From contig MU053760.1 of NCBI GenBank assembly GCA_013239625.1, forward strand, positions 31,119-72,343: 41,225 bases of DNA, written 5' to 3'. Source of the stretch: Lama guanicoe (taxonomy: Eukaryota). Below are positions 26,401 to 38,635 of this stretch, piece by piece (the first letter of the stretch is position 1; each line of letters begins with the position of its first letter). The position numbers were made by a program, and so were the translations under genes. The notes beneath the pieces were generated by a model that made no database searches, had not been told where the DNA came from, and worked only from the letters and a program-made list of their open reading frames with translations.

Positions 26401-28907
26401 ACCCCTGGGCCTGTTCAATCCTGGAACTGAACACTTGGATATGACCTCCCCTGTGCCTACACATCTGGGACTGCACAATCCTGGGCCTGCACATTCGTGT
26501 GTCTGCACACTCCTGGGCATGCACACTCGTGTGTCTGCATGCTCTTGGGCCTGAACACTCCTGGGCCTTGACACTCCTGTGTCTGCACAATCCTGGGCCT
26601 GTTACCTCCTGAGCCAAGAAACCCCTGGTCATAACAGTCCTGGGCCAGCACACTCCTGGGTCTTCCATCTCCTGGGCCTGTACACTCCTGGGCCTGCTCC
26701 CACCTGGGATGGCCCTCAACTGTCCTACTCTCTCCTAGGACTGCACACTCCTGGGACTGAACACTTCTGTGTCTGCATATACCTGGGCCTGCACAATCCA
26801 GGTATTAACTTCTCCTTGGACTGCCCTATTCTGGGCCTGCACACTACTGAGCCTGTACACTCCTGGGCCTGTACAATCCTGGGCCTGCCCTCTCCTAGTC
26901 CTGCGCACTCCTGGGCCTGCCCTCTCATGTGTCTGCACACTCCTGGGTCTGCCCTTTCCTGGGAAAGCCCTCACCTGTACTGCCTTCTCCTGGGTCTGCA
27001 CACTCCTGGGCATGCACACTCCTGAGCCTGCCCTCTCCTGGGCCTAGACACCCCTGGGCCTGCACAGTCCTGAGCCAGCCCTCTACTGGGCCTAGACACA
27101 CCTGGGACAGCACAGTCCTGGGCCTGTACACTCCTGGCCCTGCCCTCTCCAGGGCCTGTGCACTCCTGGGCCTGCCCTCTCCTGTGTCTGGACACTCCTG
27201 GGCCTGCCCTCTCTGGGAGAGCCCTCACCTGTACTGCCCTCTCCTGTACCTCCACACTCCTGGGCCTGCACAATCCTGGGTTGCCCTCTGCTGAGTGTGC
27301 ATGTTCCTGGAACTCCCCATTCCTGCACTTGGACACCCTTGGGCAAGCCCTCTCCTGGGCTTGCACACTCTGGGGACTGCCCACACCTGGGTCTGCACAC
27401 TCTTGGGCCTGCACACTGCTGGGCTTGACAGAACAGCCCCTGTCCACTCCTGAGTCTGCACACCCCTGGGACTGCACCCTCCTTTGCCTGGACACTCCTG
27501 GGCCTGCCCTACCCTGGGCTGCTTACTCCTGTGTTTGCACACTACTGGGCCTGGACACTACTGGGCCTGCCCTCATATGCACCTTCCCCCACTTCGAACG
27601 GCCCTCTCTTGGGCCTGTTCCATCTTGTGTCTGCACATATCTGGTCCTGTCCATCCTTTTTCTGCACAATTCTGGGAATGCTCCCTTCTGTGCCTGCGTA
27701 GTCCTTGGCCTGCTCACTCCTGTATTTGCACAATCCTGGGCTGTACACTCCAGTGTCTGCACATTCCTCGGCCTGCCCTCTCTTTTTCCTCTCTGAACTC
27801 CCTTGGGCTTGCACACTCCTTGGCCTGCTCCCTCCTTTGCCTGCACTCTTCTGGACCTGCCTTCTCCTGGGCCTGCCCCCACATTGACATAGCCTCTTCT
27901 GAGCCGGCACTCACCTGCCCTGCCCTCTCCTGTCCCTTCACATTCCTTCACATGCACAGAAGTGTGTCTGCACACTCCTAGGCCTGCACACACCTCGACC
28001 TGCACACACCTCACCCTGCACTCTCATGGGCATGCTCCCTCGTGGGCTTGAACACTCCTGGACCTGCCCAGGCCTGGGCATGCCCCTACTTTGGACAGCC
28101 CTCTCCTGGGTCTGCACACTCCTGGGCCTGCACACTCCTGAGACTGCTCCCTCTTGATCCTGCAGTCTCATGGGAATGTACACTCCTGGTCCTGCACACT
28201 ACTGGGCCTGCCCTCTCATGTACATTCCCCCACTTCGACTGGTCCTCCCTTGGGCCTGTTCCGTCTTGTGTCTGCACACATCTGGTCTTTCTCCATCATT
28301 TTTCTGCATAAACCTGGACCTGCACACTCCTGGGCCTGTTCCGTCTTTTGTCATCACACACATGGTTCTGCACTGCCCTCTCCTGGGCCTGCACACAAAT
28401 GGTCCTGCTCTGCCATGGGTCTGCACACTCCTGGGCCTGCACATTGCTGTGCATGCACACACATTGGCCTGCACACTCCTTTGTCTGCAAACTCCTGTGT
28501 CTGAACACACCTGTGCCTCACTTCTCTAGGGCCTGCTCACTACTGGGACTGCACACACATAGGACTGCACACTACTGGGCCTGTACAATCCTGGGACTGC
28601 ACACAGCTGGGCCTGCTCCCTCCTTTATCTGCACACTTCTGGGCCCGCACAATCCTGTGTCTGCACAATCATGGACCTGCTCCCTCCTGTGCCATCACAC
28701 TCCTTGGACTGCACATTTCTGTGCCTGAACAATCCTGGGTCTGCACAATCCAGGGTCAAACTTCTCCTTTGCCAGCCCTCTTCTGGGCCTGCACACTCCT
28801 GAGCCTGCCCTCTCCTGGGACAGCCTTCACCTGTACTGACCACTCCAGTGCTTGCACACTCCTGGGCCTGCACACACCTGGGTTGCCTTCTGCTGGGTGT
28901 GCATGTC
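20491..28907. repeat. Higher-order duplication, offset 4652 bp (20491-24255 matches 25143-28907)
   Basis: CTCCTGTGTATGCACATTACTGG occurs at 20491 and 25143. Identical ORF translations are offset by 4652 (20500/25152, 22832/27484, 23696/28348). The match ends after CTGGGTGTGCATGTC at 24255/28907. Confidence 0.95.
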
Positions 28908-31900
28908 CCTGGGACTCCACATTCCTGTGCTTGAACATCATTGGGCAAGCTCTCTCCTGAGCCTGAACACACTGGAGCCTGCCCTCAACTGGGTCTGCAT
29001 ACTCCTGGGCCTGCACACTACTGGGCCTGCACCGACCTGGGCCTGTACACCCCTGAGCCTGCACACCCCTGGAACTGCTCCCTCCTGTGCCTGCACACTC
29101 CTGGTCCTGCCCTACCCTGGGCTGCTTACTCCTGTGTCTGCACACTCCTGGGCCTGCACACTCCTGAGCCTCTTCCGTCTTGTGTCTTCACACTCATGGG
29201 CCTGCCCTCCCCTGGGCCTGTACACATCTGGACCTGCTATGCCATGTGTCTGCACACTCCTGGGCCTGTTCCATCTTGTGTCTACACACTCATGGGACTG
29301 CACTCTCATGATTCTGCCCTCTCCTGGGACTGCACACAAATGGTCATGCTCTGCCCCGTGTATGCACAATCCTGGCCCTACACATTCGTGTACCTGCACA
29401 CTCATGGGCCTGCACAATCCTGTGTCTGCACACACCTGGGACTCCCTTCTCCAGGGCCTGCTCAACTCTGGGACTGCACACATATAGGCCTGCACATTCC
29501 TGGGCCTGCACATTCCTGGGCCTGCACACAACTGGACCTGCACACTCCTGGACCTGCACACTCCTGGGCTGCCCTCTCCTGGGCCTGCACTCTCCTTGGC
29601 CTGCACACTCCTGGGCCTGCACAAAACTGGGCCTGCTCTATCCTGTTTCTTCACACTTCTGGGCCTGCACACAACTGGACATGCACACTCATCGGCCTAC
29701 ACTCTCCTTGGACTGCACACATGTGTGCCTGCTCCCTACTGTGCCTGAACACTCCTGAGTCTGAACACTCCTGTGTATGCACATTACTGGACATGCACAC
29801 TTCTGTGCTGGCACACTCCTGGGCCTGCTCCCCCCTGTGCCGTCACACTCCTTGGACTGCACACTTGTGCTCATGCAGACTCATTGGCCTACAGAATCCT
29901 GGCCCTTCTCCCTCCTGTGCATGCACAGTATGGACCTGAACACTCCTGAGCCTGCTCCCTACTGTGTCTGCAACTCCTGGGCTGGCATAAGAGTAGACCT
30001 ACTCCCTCCTGTGCCTGCACACATCTGGGCCTGCACACCCCTGGACTTGTACAGTCCTGGGCCTTCCCTGGCCTGGGCCGTCACACTACTGGGCCTGTAC
30101 ACTCCTGGGCCTGCCCTCTCCTGTGTCTGCACACTCCTGGGCCTCTACACTCCTGGGCCTGCCCTCTCCTGGGCCTGCAGATGCCTGGGCATTTTCCGTC
30201 TTGTGTCTGCACACTCATGGGCCTGCACAAATCTGGTCTTGATCTGCCCTGTATCTGCGCTCTCCTGGGCCTGCACATTCGTGCGCCTGCACAAGCATGG
30301 GCCTGCACACCCCTGTGTCTTCCCAATCCTGTGTCTGCTCACACCTGGGACTCCATCTCCAGGGCCTGCTCAATCCTGGGCCTGCTCCCTGCTGTGTCTG
30401 AACAATTCTGGGTCTGCCATCTCCTGGGCCCGCACACTAATCTGTATGCACAAGCCTGGACCTGCTCCCTCCTGTGCCGTCACACACCTGGGCCTGCACA
30501 CTTCTGCACCTGCACACACCTGGGGATGCACTCTCCTGGGCATGCACACACCTGGGCCTGCTCCAGCCTGTGAGTCAACACTCCTGGTCCTGCACACTAC
30601 TGGACCTGCACACTCATCGGCCTGCACTCTCCTTGGAAAGCACAACTGTGTGCCTGCTCCCTAATGTGTCTGAAAACTCCTGGGTCTGCACACTCTTGTG
30701 TCTGCAAATTCCTGGACCTGCACACTCCTGTGCCATCACTCTCCTGGGACTGCACACTTGTGTGCCTGCAGAATCCTTGGCCTACACACTCCTGGCTCTT
30801 CTCCCTCCTGTGCCTCACAATATGGACCTGAACACTCCTGAGCCTGCTTCCTATTGTGTCTGCACAATCCTGGGCTGGCACAATATTAGGCCTACTCCCT
30901 CCTGTGCCTGCACTCTCCTGGGCCTGCACACCCCTGGAATTGTATAGACCTGGGCCTGTCCTGGCCTAGGCCTGCATGCTACTGGGCCTGCACCTTCCTT
31001 GGCCTGCCCACTCGTGTGTCTGCACACCCCTGGGCCTGTTCAATCCTGGAACTGAACACTTGGATATGACCTCCCCTGTGCCTACACATCTGGGACTGCA
31101 CAATCCTGGGCCTGCACATTCGTGTGTCTGCACACTCCTGGGCATGCACACTCGTGTGTCTGCATGCTCTTGGGCCTGAACACTCCTGGGCCTTGACACT
31201 CCTGTGTCTGCACAATCCTGGGCCTGTTACCTCCTGAGCCAAGAAACCCCTGGTCATAACAGTCCTGGGCCAGCACACTCCTGGGTCTTCCATCTCCTGG
31301 GCCTGTACACTCCTGGGCCTGCTCCCACCTGGGATGGCCCTCAACTGTCCTACTCTCTCCTAGGACTGCACACTCCTGGGACTGAACACTTCTGTGTCTG
31401 CATATACCTGGGCCTGCACAATCCAGGTATTAACTTCTCCTTGGACTGCCCTATTCTGGGCCTGCACACTACTGAGCCTGTACACTCCTGGGCCTGTACA
31501 ATCCTGGGCCTGCCCTCTCCTAGTCCTGCGCACTCCTGGGCCTGCCCTCTCATGTGTCTGCACACTCCTGGGTCTGCCCTTTCCTGGGAAAGCCCTCACC
31601 TGTACTGCCTTCTCCTGGGTCTGCACACTCCTGGGCATGCACACTCCTGAGCCTGCCCTCTCCTGGGCCTAGACACCCCTGGGCCTGCACAGTCCTGAGC
31701 CAGCCCTCTACTGGGCCTAGACACACCTGGGACAGCACAGTCCTGGGCCTGTACACTCCTGGCCCTGCCCTCTCCAGGGCCTGTGCACTCCTGGGCCTGC
31801 CCTCTCCTGTGTCTGGACACTCCTGGGCCTGCCCTCTCTGGGAGAGCCCTCACCTGTACTGCCCTCTCCTGTACCTCCACACTCCTGGGCCTGCACAATC

Positions 31901-33780
31901 CTGGGTTGCCCTCTGCTGAGTGTGCATGTTCCTGGAACTCCCCATTCCTGCACTTGGACACCCTTGGGCAAGCCCTCTCCTGGGCTTGCACACTCTGGGG
32001 ACTGCCCACACCTGGGTCTGCACACTCTTGGGCCTGCACACTGCTGGGCTTGACAGAACAGCCCCTGTCCACTCCTGAGTCTGCACACCCCTGGGACTGC
32101 ACCCTCCTTTGCCTGGACACTCCTGGGCCTGCCCTACCCTGGGCTGCTTACTCCTGTGTTTGCACACTACTGGGCCTGGACACTACTGGGCCTGCCCTCA
32201 TATGCACCTTCCCCCACTTCGAACGGCCCTCTCTTGGGCCTGTTCCATCTTGTGTCTGCACATATCTGGTCCTGTCCATCCTTTTTCTGCACAATTCTGG
32301 GAATGCTCCCTTCTGTGCCTGCGTAGTCCTTGGCCTGCTCACTCCTGTATTTGCACAATCCTGGGCTGTACACTCCAGTGTCTGCACATTCCTCGGCCTG
32401 CCCTCTCTTTTTCCTCTCTGAACTCCCTTGGGCTTGCACACTCCTTGGCCTGCTCCCTCCTTTGCCTGCACTCTTCTGGACCTGCCTTCTCCTGGGCCTG
32501 CCCCCACATTGACATAGCCTCTTCTGAGCCGGCACTCACCTGCCCTGCCCTCTCCTGTCCCTTCACATTCCTTCACATGCACAGAAGTGTGTCTGCACAC
32601 TCCTAGGCCTGCACACACCTCGACCTGCACACACCTCACCCTGCACTCTCATGGGCATGCTCCCTCGTGGGCTTGAACACTCCTGGACCTGCCCAGGCCT
32701 GGGCATGCCCCTACTTTGGACAGCCCTCTCCTGGGTCTGCACACTCCTGGGCCTGCACACTCCTGAGACTGCTCCCTCTTGATCCTGCAGTCTCATGGGA
32801 ATGTACACTCCTGGTCCTGCACACTACTGGGCCTGCCCTCTCATGTACATTCCCCCACTTCGACTGGTCCTCCCTTGGGCCTGTTCCGTCTTGTGTCTGC
32901 ACACATCTGGTCTTTCTCCATCATTTTTCTGCATAAACCTGGACCTGCACACTCCTGGGCCTGTTCCGTCTTTTGTCATCACACACATGGTTCTGCACTG
33001 CCCTCTCCTGGGCCTGCACACAAATGGTCCTGCTCTGCCATGGGTCTGCACACTCCTGGGCCTGCACATTGCTGTGCATGCACACACATTGGCCTGCACA
33101 CTCCTTTGTCTGCAAACTCCTGTGTCTGAACACACCTGTGCCTCACTTCTCTAGGGCCTGCTCACTACTGGGACTGCACACACATAGGACTGCACACTAC
33201 TGGGCCTGTACAATCCTGGGACTGCACACAGCTGGGCCTGCTCCCTCCTTTATCTGCACACTTCTGGGCCCGCACAATCCTGTGTCTGCACAATCATGGA
33301 CCTGCTCCCTCCTGTGCCATCACACTCCTTGGACTGCACATTTCTGTGCCTGAACAATCCTGGGTCTGCACAATCCAGGGTCAAACTTCTCCTTTGCCAG
33401 CCCTCTTCTGGGCCTGCACACTCCTGAGCCTGCCCTCTCCTGGGACAGCCTTCACCTGTACTGACCACTCCAGTGCTTGCACACTCCTGGGCCTGCACAC
33501 ACCTGGGTTGCCTTCTGCTGGGTGTGCATGTCCCTGGGACTCCACATTCCTGTGCTTGAACATCATTGGGCAAGCTCTCTCCTGAGCCTGAACACACTGG
33601 AGCCTGCCCTCAACTGGGTCTGCATACTCCTGGGCCTGCACACTACTGGGCCTGCACCGACCTGGGCCTGTACACCCCTGAGCCTGCACACCCCTGGAAC
33701 TGCTCCCTCCTGTGCCTGCACACTCCTGGTCCTGCCCTACCCTGGGCTGCTTACTCCTGTGTCTGCACACTCCTGGGCCT
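24512..33780. repeat. Higher-order tandem duplication, period 4625 bp (24512-29155 matches 29137-33780)
   Basis: GAGCCTCTTCC occurs at 24541 and 29166. Identical ORFs are offset by 4625 (25152/29777, 27484/32109, 28625/33250). The match ends at 29155/33780. Confidence 0.95.
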
Positions 33781-36369
33781 ACACACTACTGGGCCTGCCC
33801 TCACATACATCTTCCCCCACTTCGAACGGCCTTCTCTTGGGCCTGTTCCGTCTGTGTCTTCACATATCTGGTCCTGCTCCATCTGTTTTCTTCACACTTC
33901 TGGGAATGCTCCCTCCTGTGCCTGCGTAGTCCTTGGCCTGCTCACTCCTGTGTCTGCACAATCCTTGGCTATACAATCCTGGGCCTGCTCCATCTTATTT
34001 CTTCACACTCATGGGCCTGCACAGTCATGGGTCTGCCCTCTCCTGGGCCTGCAGACACCTGGTCCTTCCCTGCCCTGTGTCTGCACACTCCTGGGCCTGA
34101 GCCGTTTTGTGACTGCACTCTCATGGGCCTGCACACACAGGGGACTGCCCTCTCCTGGGCCTGCAAACACCTGGTCCTTCTCTGCCCTGTGTCTGCACAC
34201 ACCTGGGCCTGCACATTCATGTGCCTGCACACTCGTGGGCCTGCACTATCCTGTGTCTGCACACTCCTGAGTCTGCATTCATCTGGGCCTCACTTCTCCA
34301 GGGCCTGCTCACCCCTGGGACTGCACACACATAGGCCTGCACACACCTGGGCCTGCCCACTCCTGGGCCTGCCCTAGCCTGGGCTGCTTACTCCTATGTG
34401 TGCACACACCTGGACCTGCACACTACTGGGCCTGCCCTCTAATGCACCTTCCCCCACTTCGTCCAGCCCCCTTTTGGGCCTGTTCCGTCTTGTGTCTGCA
34501 CACTTCTGGTCCTGCTCCATCCTTTTTCTGCACAATCCTGGGCATGCTCCCTCCTGTGCCTGCATAGTCCTTGGTCTGCTCACACCTGTGTATGCACAAT
34601 CCTGGGCTGTACACTCCTGTGTCTGCACACTCCTCGACCTGCCCACTCCTGTTCCTCTCTAAACTCTCTTGTGCTTGCACACTCCTGGGCCTGCTCACTC
34701 CTGTGCCTGCAATCTTCTGGACCTGCCGTCTCCTGGGCCTGCCCCCACATTGACATACCTTCTTCTGAGCCGGCACTCACCTGCCCTGCCCTCTCCTGAC
34801 TATGCACATTCCTTGGCCTGCACAGTAGAGTGTCTGCACATTATTGGGCCTGCAAACACTTCGGCCTGCAAACAGCTCGGCCTGCACACACATGGGCATG
34901 CTCCATCCTGGGCTTGAACAATCCAGGACCTGCCCACTCCTGGGCCTGCCCCTACTTCGGACGCCCCTCTCCTGGGTCTGCACACTCCTGGGACTGCACA
35001 CTCCTGAACCTGCTCCCTGTTGGTCCTGCACACTCATGGGCTGGCACACTCCTGGGACTGCACAATCCTGGTCCTGCCCTTTCCTGGGCCTGCCCACTCC
35101 CGGGATTTCTCCCTAATTTTTCTGCACACCCCTGGGCCTGCACACACCTGGGCATGCTCCATCATGTGCCTGCACACTACTAGGCCGGTGGACACCTGGG
35201 TCTGCTCCTTCCTGGACCTGCACACACCTGGGCCTGCACATATCTTGGGATGCACACTCCTGGGACTCTTCCCTCCTGGGCCTGCCCACTACAGGGCATG
35301 AACTATCCTGGGCCACCTCCCTCCTGTGCCTGCACACTCCTGGGCCTGCACACTCCTGGGCCTGCTCACACATTGGCCTGCTGACTCTTATGCCTGTAGA
35401 CCCCTAAGCCTACACACTCCTTGGCCTGCACACCCCTGTTCTTGCCCTCCCTGGGTCTGCACACACCTGGGCCTCCCTCCTTCCAGGGCCTGCCCACCCC
35501 TGGGACTGCACACACATAGGCCTGCACACTCCTGGGCCTGCAATCTCCTGGGCCTGCCCAACCCTGGGCTGCTTACTCCTGTGTGTGCACACTCCTGGGC
35601 CTGCACAACACTGGGCCTGCCCTCTCATGCACCTTCCCCCACTTCGACTGGTCTTCCCTTGGGCCTGTTCCGTCTTGTTTCTTCACACTCATGGGCCTGC
35701 ACAGTCATCGCCTGCCCTCTCCTGGGCCTGCACACACCTGGTCCTATTCTGCCCTGTGTATGCACACTCCTGGGCCTGCACATTTGTGTGCCAGCACACT
35801 CATTGGTCTGCACACTCCTGTGTCTGCAAACTCATGTGTCTGCACACACCTGTGCCTCACTTCTCCAGGGCTGGCTCACCACTGGGACTGCACACACATA
35901 GGCCTGCACACTCCTGGGCCTGCACAATCCTGGGCCTGCACACAGTGTGTCTGTTCCCTCCTGTGTCTGCACACTTCTGGGCATCCCCTGACCTTCCATA
36001 ATGCTTTTTACAGCTGAGCAAGATAAGCTGAAATAGAGCCCCAGACATCCCTAAAAGGCATCTAAGGAGACGTCACTCCTGAAACCTCCCAGGACTCTCC
36101 TCCAAAAATGTTCCAACTTTGGACACCCCTCTCCCAAAACATCCTGACTCGGGGCTTGTGGCACTAAGAGCTTTAACAAGGTCTGTCTACCGCAGCATAG
36201 GCCTGGTCCTGCTCTTCCCAGAAAAGTCAGCCCCATTTCTACCAAGCCCAGGAGAACCTAAGCTTCTGTGGATGTCTCTTTGTGGTAGCTAAGCAGAGAT
36301 GTCACATTCATGTCACCAGGGTTGTCCAGAACAGCTGTGTTAAGAGTTGCTCAGCAGCAGCCCCAAGCC

Positions 36370-36860
36370 CCACGGCACCCCGAGTCGAGTTGGGAGAGTG
36401 GTTGCCTGTATTGCCAAACCATCTCCTGCGGGGAGGAGCCAAGAGTGCGGGAGGGACGCGGGTGAAGACAGAACAGGGAGAGGAACACTGGGTCGTGGGT
36501 TTCCTGGCTGGAGATGGGGGAGGAAGACAAACGGCGGAGAAAAGGGGATGCGGAAGGGGCAGCCGAGGGCAGACTCGGCGGGCGGAGGGGGGAGGAGAAG
36601 CCCCCTGCCCCCTGCCCCCCCCAGGCGCACAAGGAGACAAGTGGAGACTGGCTGGCCTCGGGCCACTGCTCACCCCGGGAAACCCGAGCCCCCGCCGCTG
36701 CCCCGCCTCTACCGCCACTGCCCGGAGGGTCTCCAGCCGGATGGAGCGGGGCGAGGTCGCTAGGCCGTAGCCAGGGCTCACGGAGCCTCCCCTGCCTGCC
36801 CTAGCGCTTCACTCAGACCTCCGTCGCTTCCCACTGGCAACGTCTTATCACTTCCACCCT
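36370..36860. promoter_or_regulatory. CpG island, probable promoter
   Basis: Dense CpGs and very high GC compared with CpG-poor flanks. GC-box-like CCCCGCC at ~36690 and 36701. Clustered RFX half-site GGCAAC (36836-36841), GATA (TGATAA on minus, ~36845) and ETS-type GGAAGTG (minus, 36849-36855). Confidence 0.7.
36674..36830 (-). other. Putative non-coding first exon (start approximate), splice donor at 36673
   Basis: The minus strand reads TTCCCGGG|GTGAGC, a good 5' splice site. It is followed by G-runs (GGGGCAGGGGGCAGGGGG, ~36601-36622) typical of GC-rich first introns. No ATG in the putative exon; gene not recognised. Confidence 0.45.
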
Positions 36861-37889
36861 AGTGCTTCATTGTCCTGGAGCCTCAAACCACAAAGAAGGA
36901 GAAAAACTGGGAGTTGACCAAGTGTGTCCCCCCAGGAGGCCTACCATCATCCGCCAGCCTTAGGGATGGTCTGAACCACTCTCTCCCTTTACCCATGACA
37001 GACTCCCATCTGACCCATACCGGGTCATTTTCACCTTGAAAATAATGGCACAGCTGGAATGCTGGCCTCCTAGCCCCCCTGACCCCACTGGGGCTGTTCC
37101 ACCCTGCTCTGTTCTTAAGCCTGCACCATCTCTCATTCTTGTGCACTGTTCTCAGCATTGATCCACTGCCTGTTCTTTTGATTCAGCACCCCACCCCGCC
37201 CCCTGCAGCTACAGCGATACTGTACTGCACCTAAGGCCTGCCTCGGGGCACATACACACATTAAGCATCTGTTTGGAGCCCTAGGGGCCGTAATCCAAAG
37301 ATTCTTTCCAATGGCAGAATTCCAGGCACTTGGATGACAACATTTTGGTCGACAAAGACTCCCCTTTCGATCCTCCTGCCCCAGCACAGGGCTGCCCCAG
37401 TGACCAGAAACCACAGGAACAGAGCCTCTCACCTGTTTTCCGGTGTCCTTCTCCATGGGCCACTGGCCAACAGGACAGTGAAGGTCCCCCGAGATGTGAG
37501 CGGGTCAGGGTTGGGGATGGACCTGTCTGGCCGGAGCTGAGAGCTTGCCAGCCTGTCCAGGGGAGGCCGCTCAGTCTCCCCCACCTCCACGTCAGAAAGC
37601 CTGTGAGTTTTCTTAACAGCGTTCTTAGCCAGCAACACAGCTGACCCGAATCAGACTTCAATCCGCAAGAGGGGGCTGTGGGAGCTTGAGGAGAGCTGGA
37701 GTACGCCCCCGCCCCTGCGCCCAGCACCTGCTTCCCTACCTTGTCAGGCCCTGATTTCTAAAGTGGCACCTCCCTCAGCTGCCCTCAATGGGCTGACTCC
37801 CCCCACCCCACCCTCCCAGCATGCCAGAGAGGCACCTGAGGAGGAAGCGGCTTCAAAGGCGAAGGAGAAAGAAAACAGAGGTTTGCATT

Positions 37890-38075
37890 AAAATAACAGC
37901 TGGCAATTTTTGAAGCCCTCAGAGCTCCTACCGCTAGATGGGACAGGTACTATTATCAGCAACCTCCTTTTCAAATGAAGAACAAGAGACATACAGAGTG
38001 GAAGGGACTTGCCCAAACTCACAGAGCTCATCGGTGGTGGAGGTAGGATTTAAACACACAGCCAGACTGGCACCA
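37890..38075 (-). mobile_element. MIR SINE fragment
   Basis: AGGTACTATTATC...TTTTCAAATGAAGAA...GACTTGCCCAAACTCACAGAGCT...GGATTTAAAC resembles the reverse-complement MIR core as recalled (not aligned computationally). Confidence 0.8.
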
Positions 38076-38419
38076 AGCTACTGTTGCCACTAGACCCTTG
38101 CACCTGGCGCAGTGACCTCCCTGACTCCAGTCCCGGATCCATCCCAGACAGACTGTCTCTGGGAGGACGCTAAACCCTCCCTCCGCCCCAGAGCCTCCGT
38201 GAACCAGCTGACATGAAGGTCAGTTCCATCTCTGGCCAGCCCGTAAGCTGCTTACAGCTGGAGGCCAGCACGTGCTCATTGAGACCTGAAGGCCTGGGCT
38301 TCCCAGCCAAGCCTGATCCCAACTAAGCCAGGCTGTTGTTAAATCCTGTGTGCGCAGCTGGTCCACACTGCCTCCGCTGACACCTCCCCTACCCCTGCAG
38401 CACTCTTGGGCTGAAATAT

Positions 38420-38635
38420 GGGCTGGGGTTCCCCAACAAAGTAAGTTTGGAAAATACCAAATTAAATTAAAGTTCTAGGCTTCTCAGAACCTTTAAAAAG
38501 AAAAGTGCTCACTGGTCATTGTTAAGAGGATGAGGTAGTATGCAGATTCAGAGGCCTGCCAAAGAGATATGACCAGGGAACAAACCCTTTATCATTGAGT
38601 ATCTTAAGGGAACCCACTTTGAGAAACACTTTCTA
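38420..38635. mobile_element. Old hAT-Charlie-type DNA transposon remnant (MER103-like)
   Basis: TAAGTTTGGAAA...TTCTCAGAACCTTTAA...TAGTATGCAG...TGACCAGGGAAC...GGAACCCACTTTGAGAAACACT resembles the MER103 consensus as recalled; shares motifs with 40600-40790. Confidence 0.55.

Larger units (their letters stand above)
13091..35983 (-). repeat. 16-bp GC-rich satellite, right arm, inverted relative to the left arm (TGCACACTCCTGGGCC on +)
   Basis: Reverse complement of the left-arm monomer and its variants, continuous until CACACTTCTGGGCAT at ~35983, after which periodicity is lost. About 1430 monomers by length/16. Confidence 0.97.

Noticed and set aside
873..35983. Hundreds of Cys/Gly/Pro/Gln-rich ORFs resembling keratin-associated, mucin or zinc-finger proteins
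   Set aside because: They overlap in all six frames and follow from a stop-poor 16-bp repeat whose period is not a codon multiple. There is no frame preference or exon structure.
36282..36804. ORFs of 93-162 aa over the CpG island
   Set aside because: They overlap on both strands with Gly/Arg/Pro bias typical of GC-rich DNA, mostly start at non-ATG codons, and show no recognisable domain.
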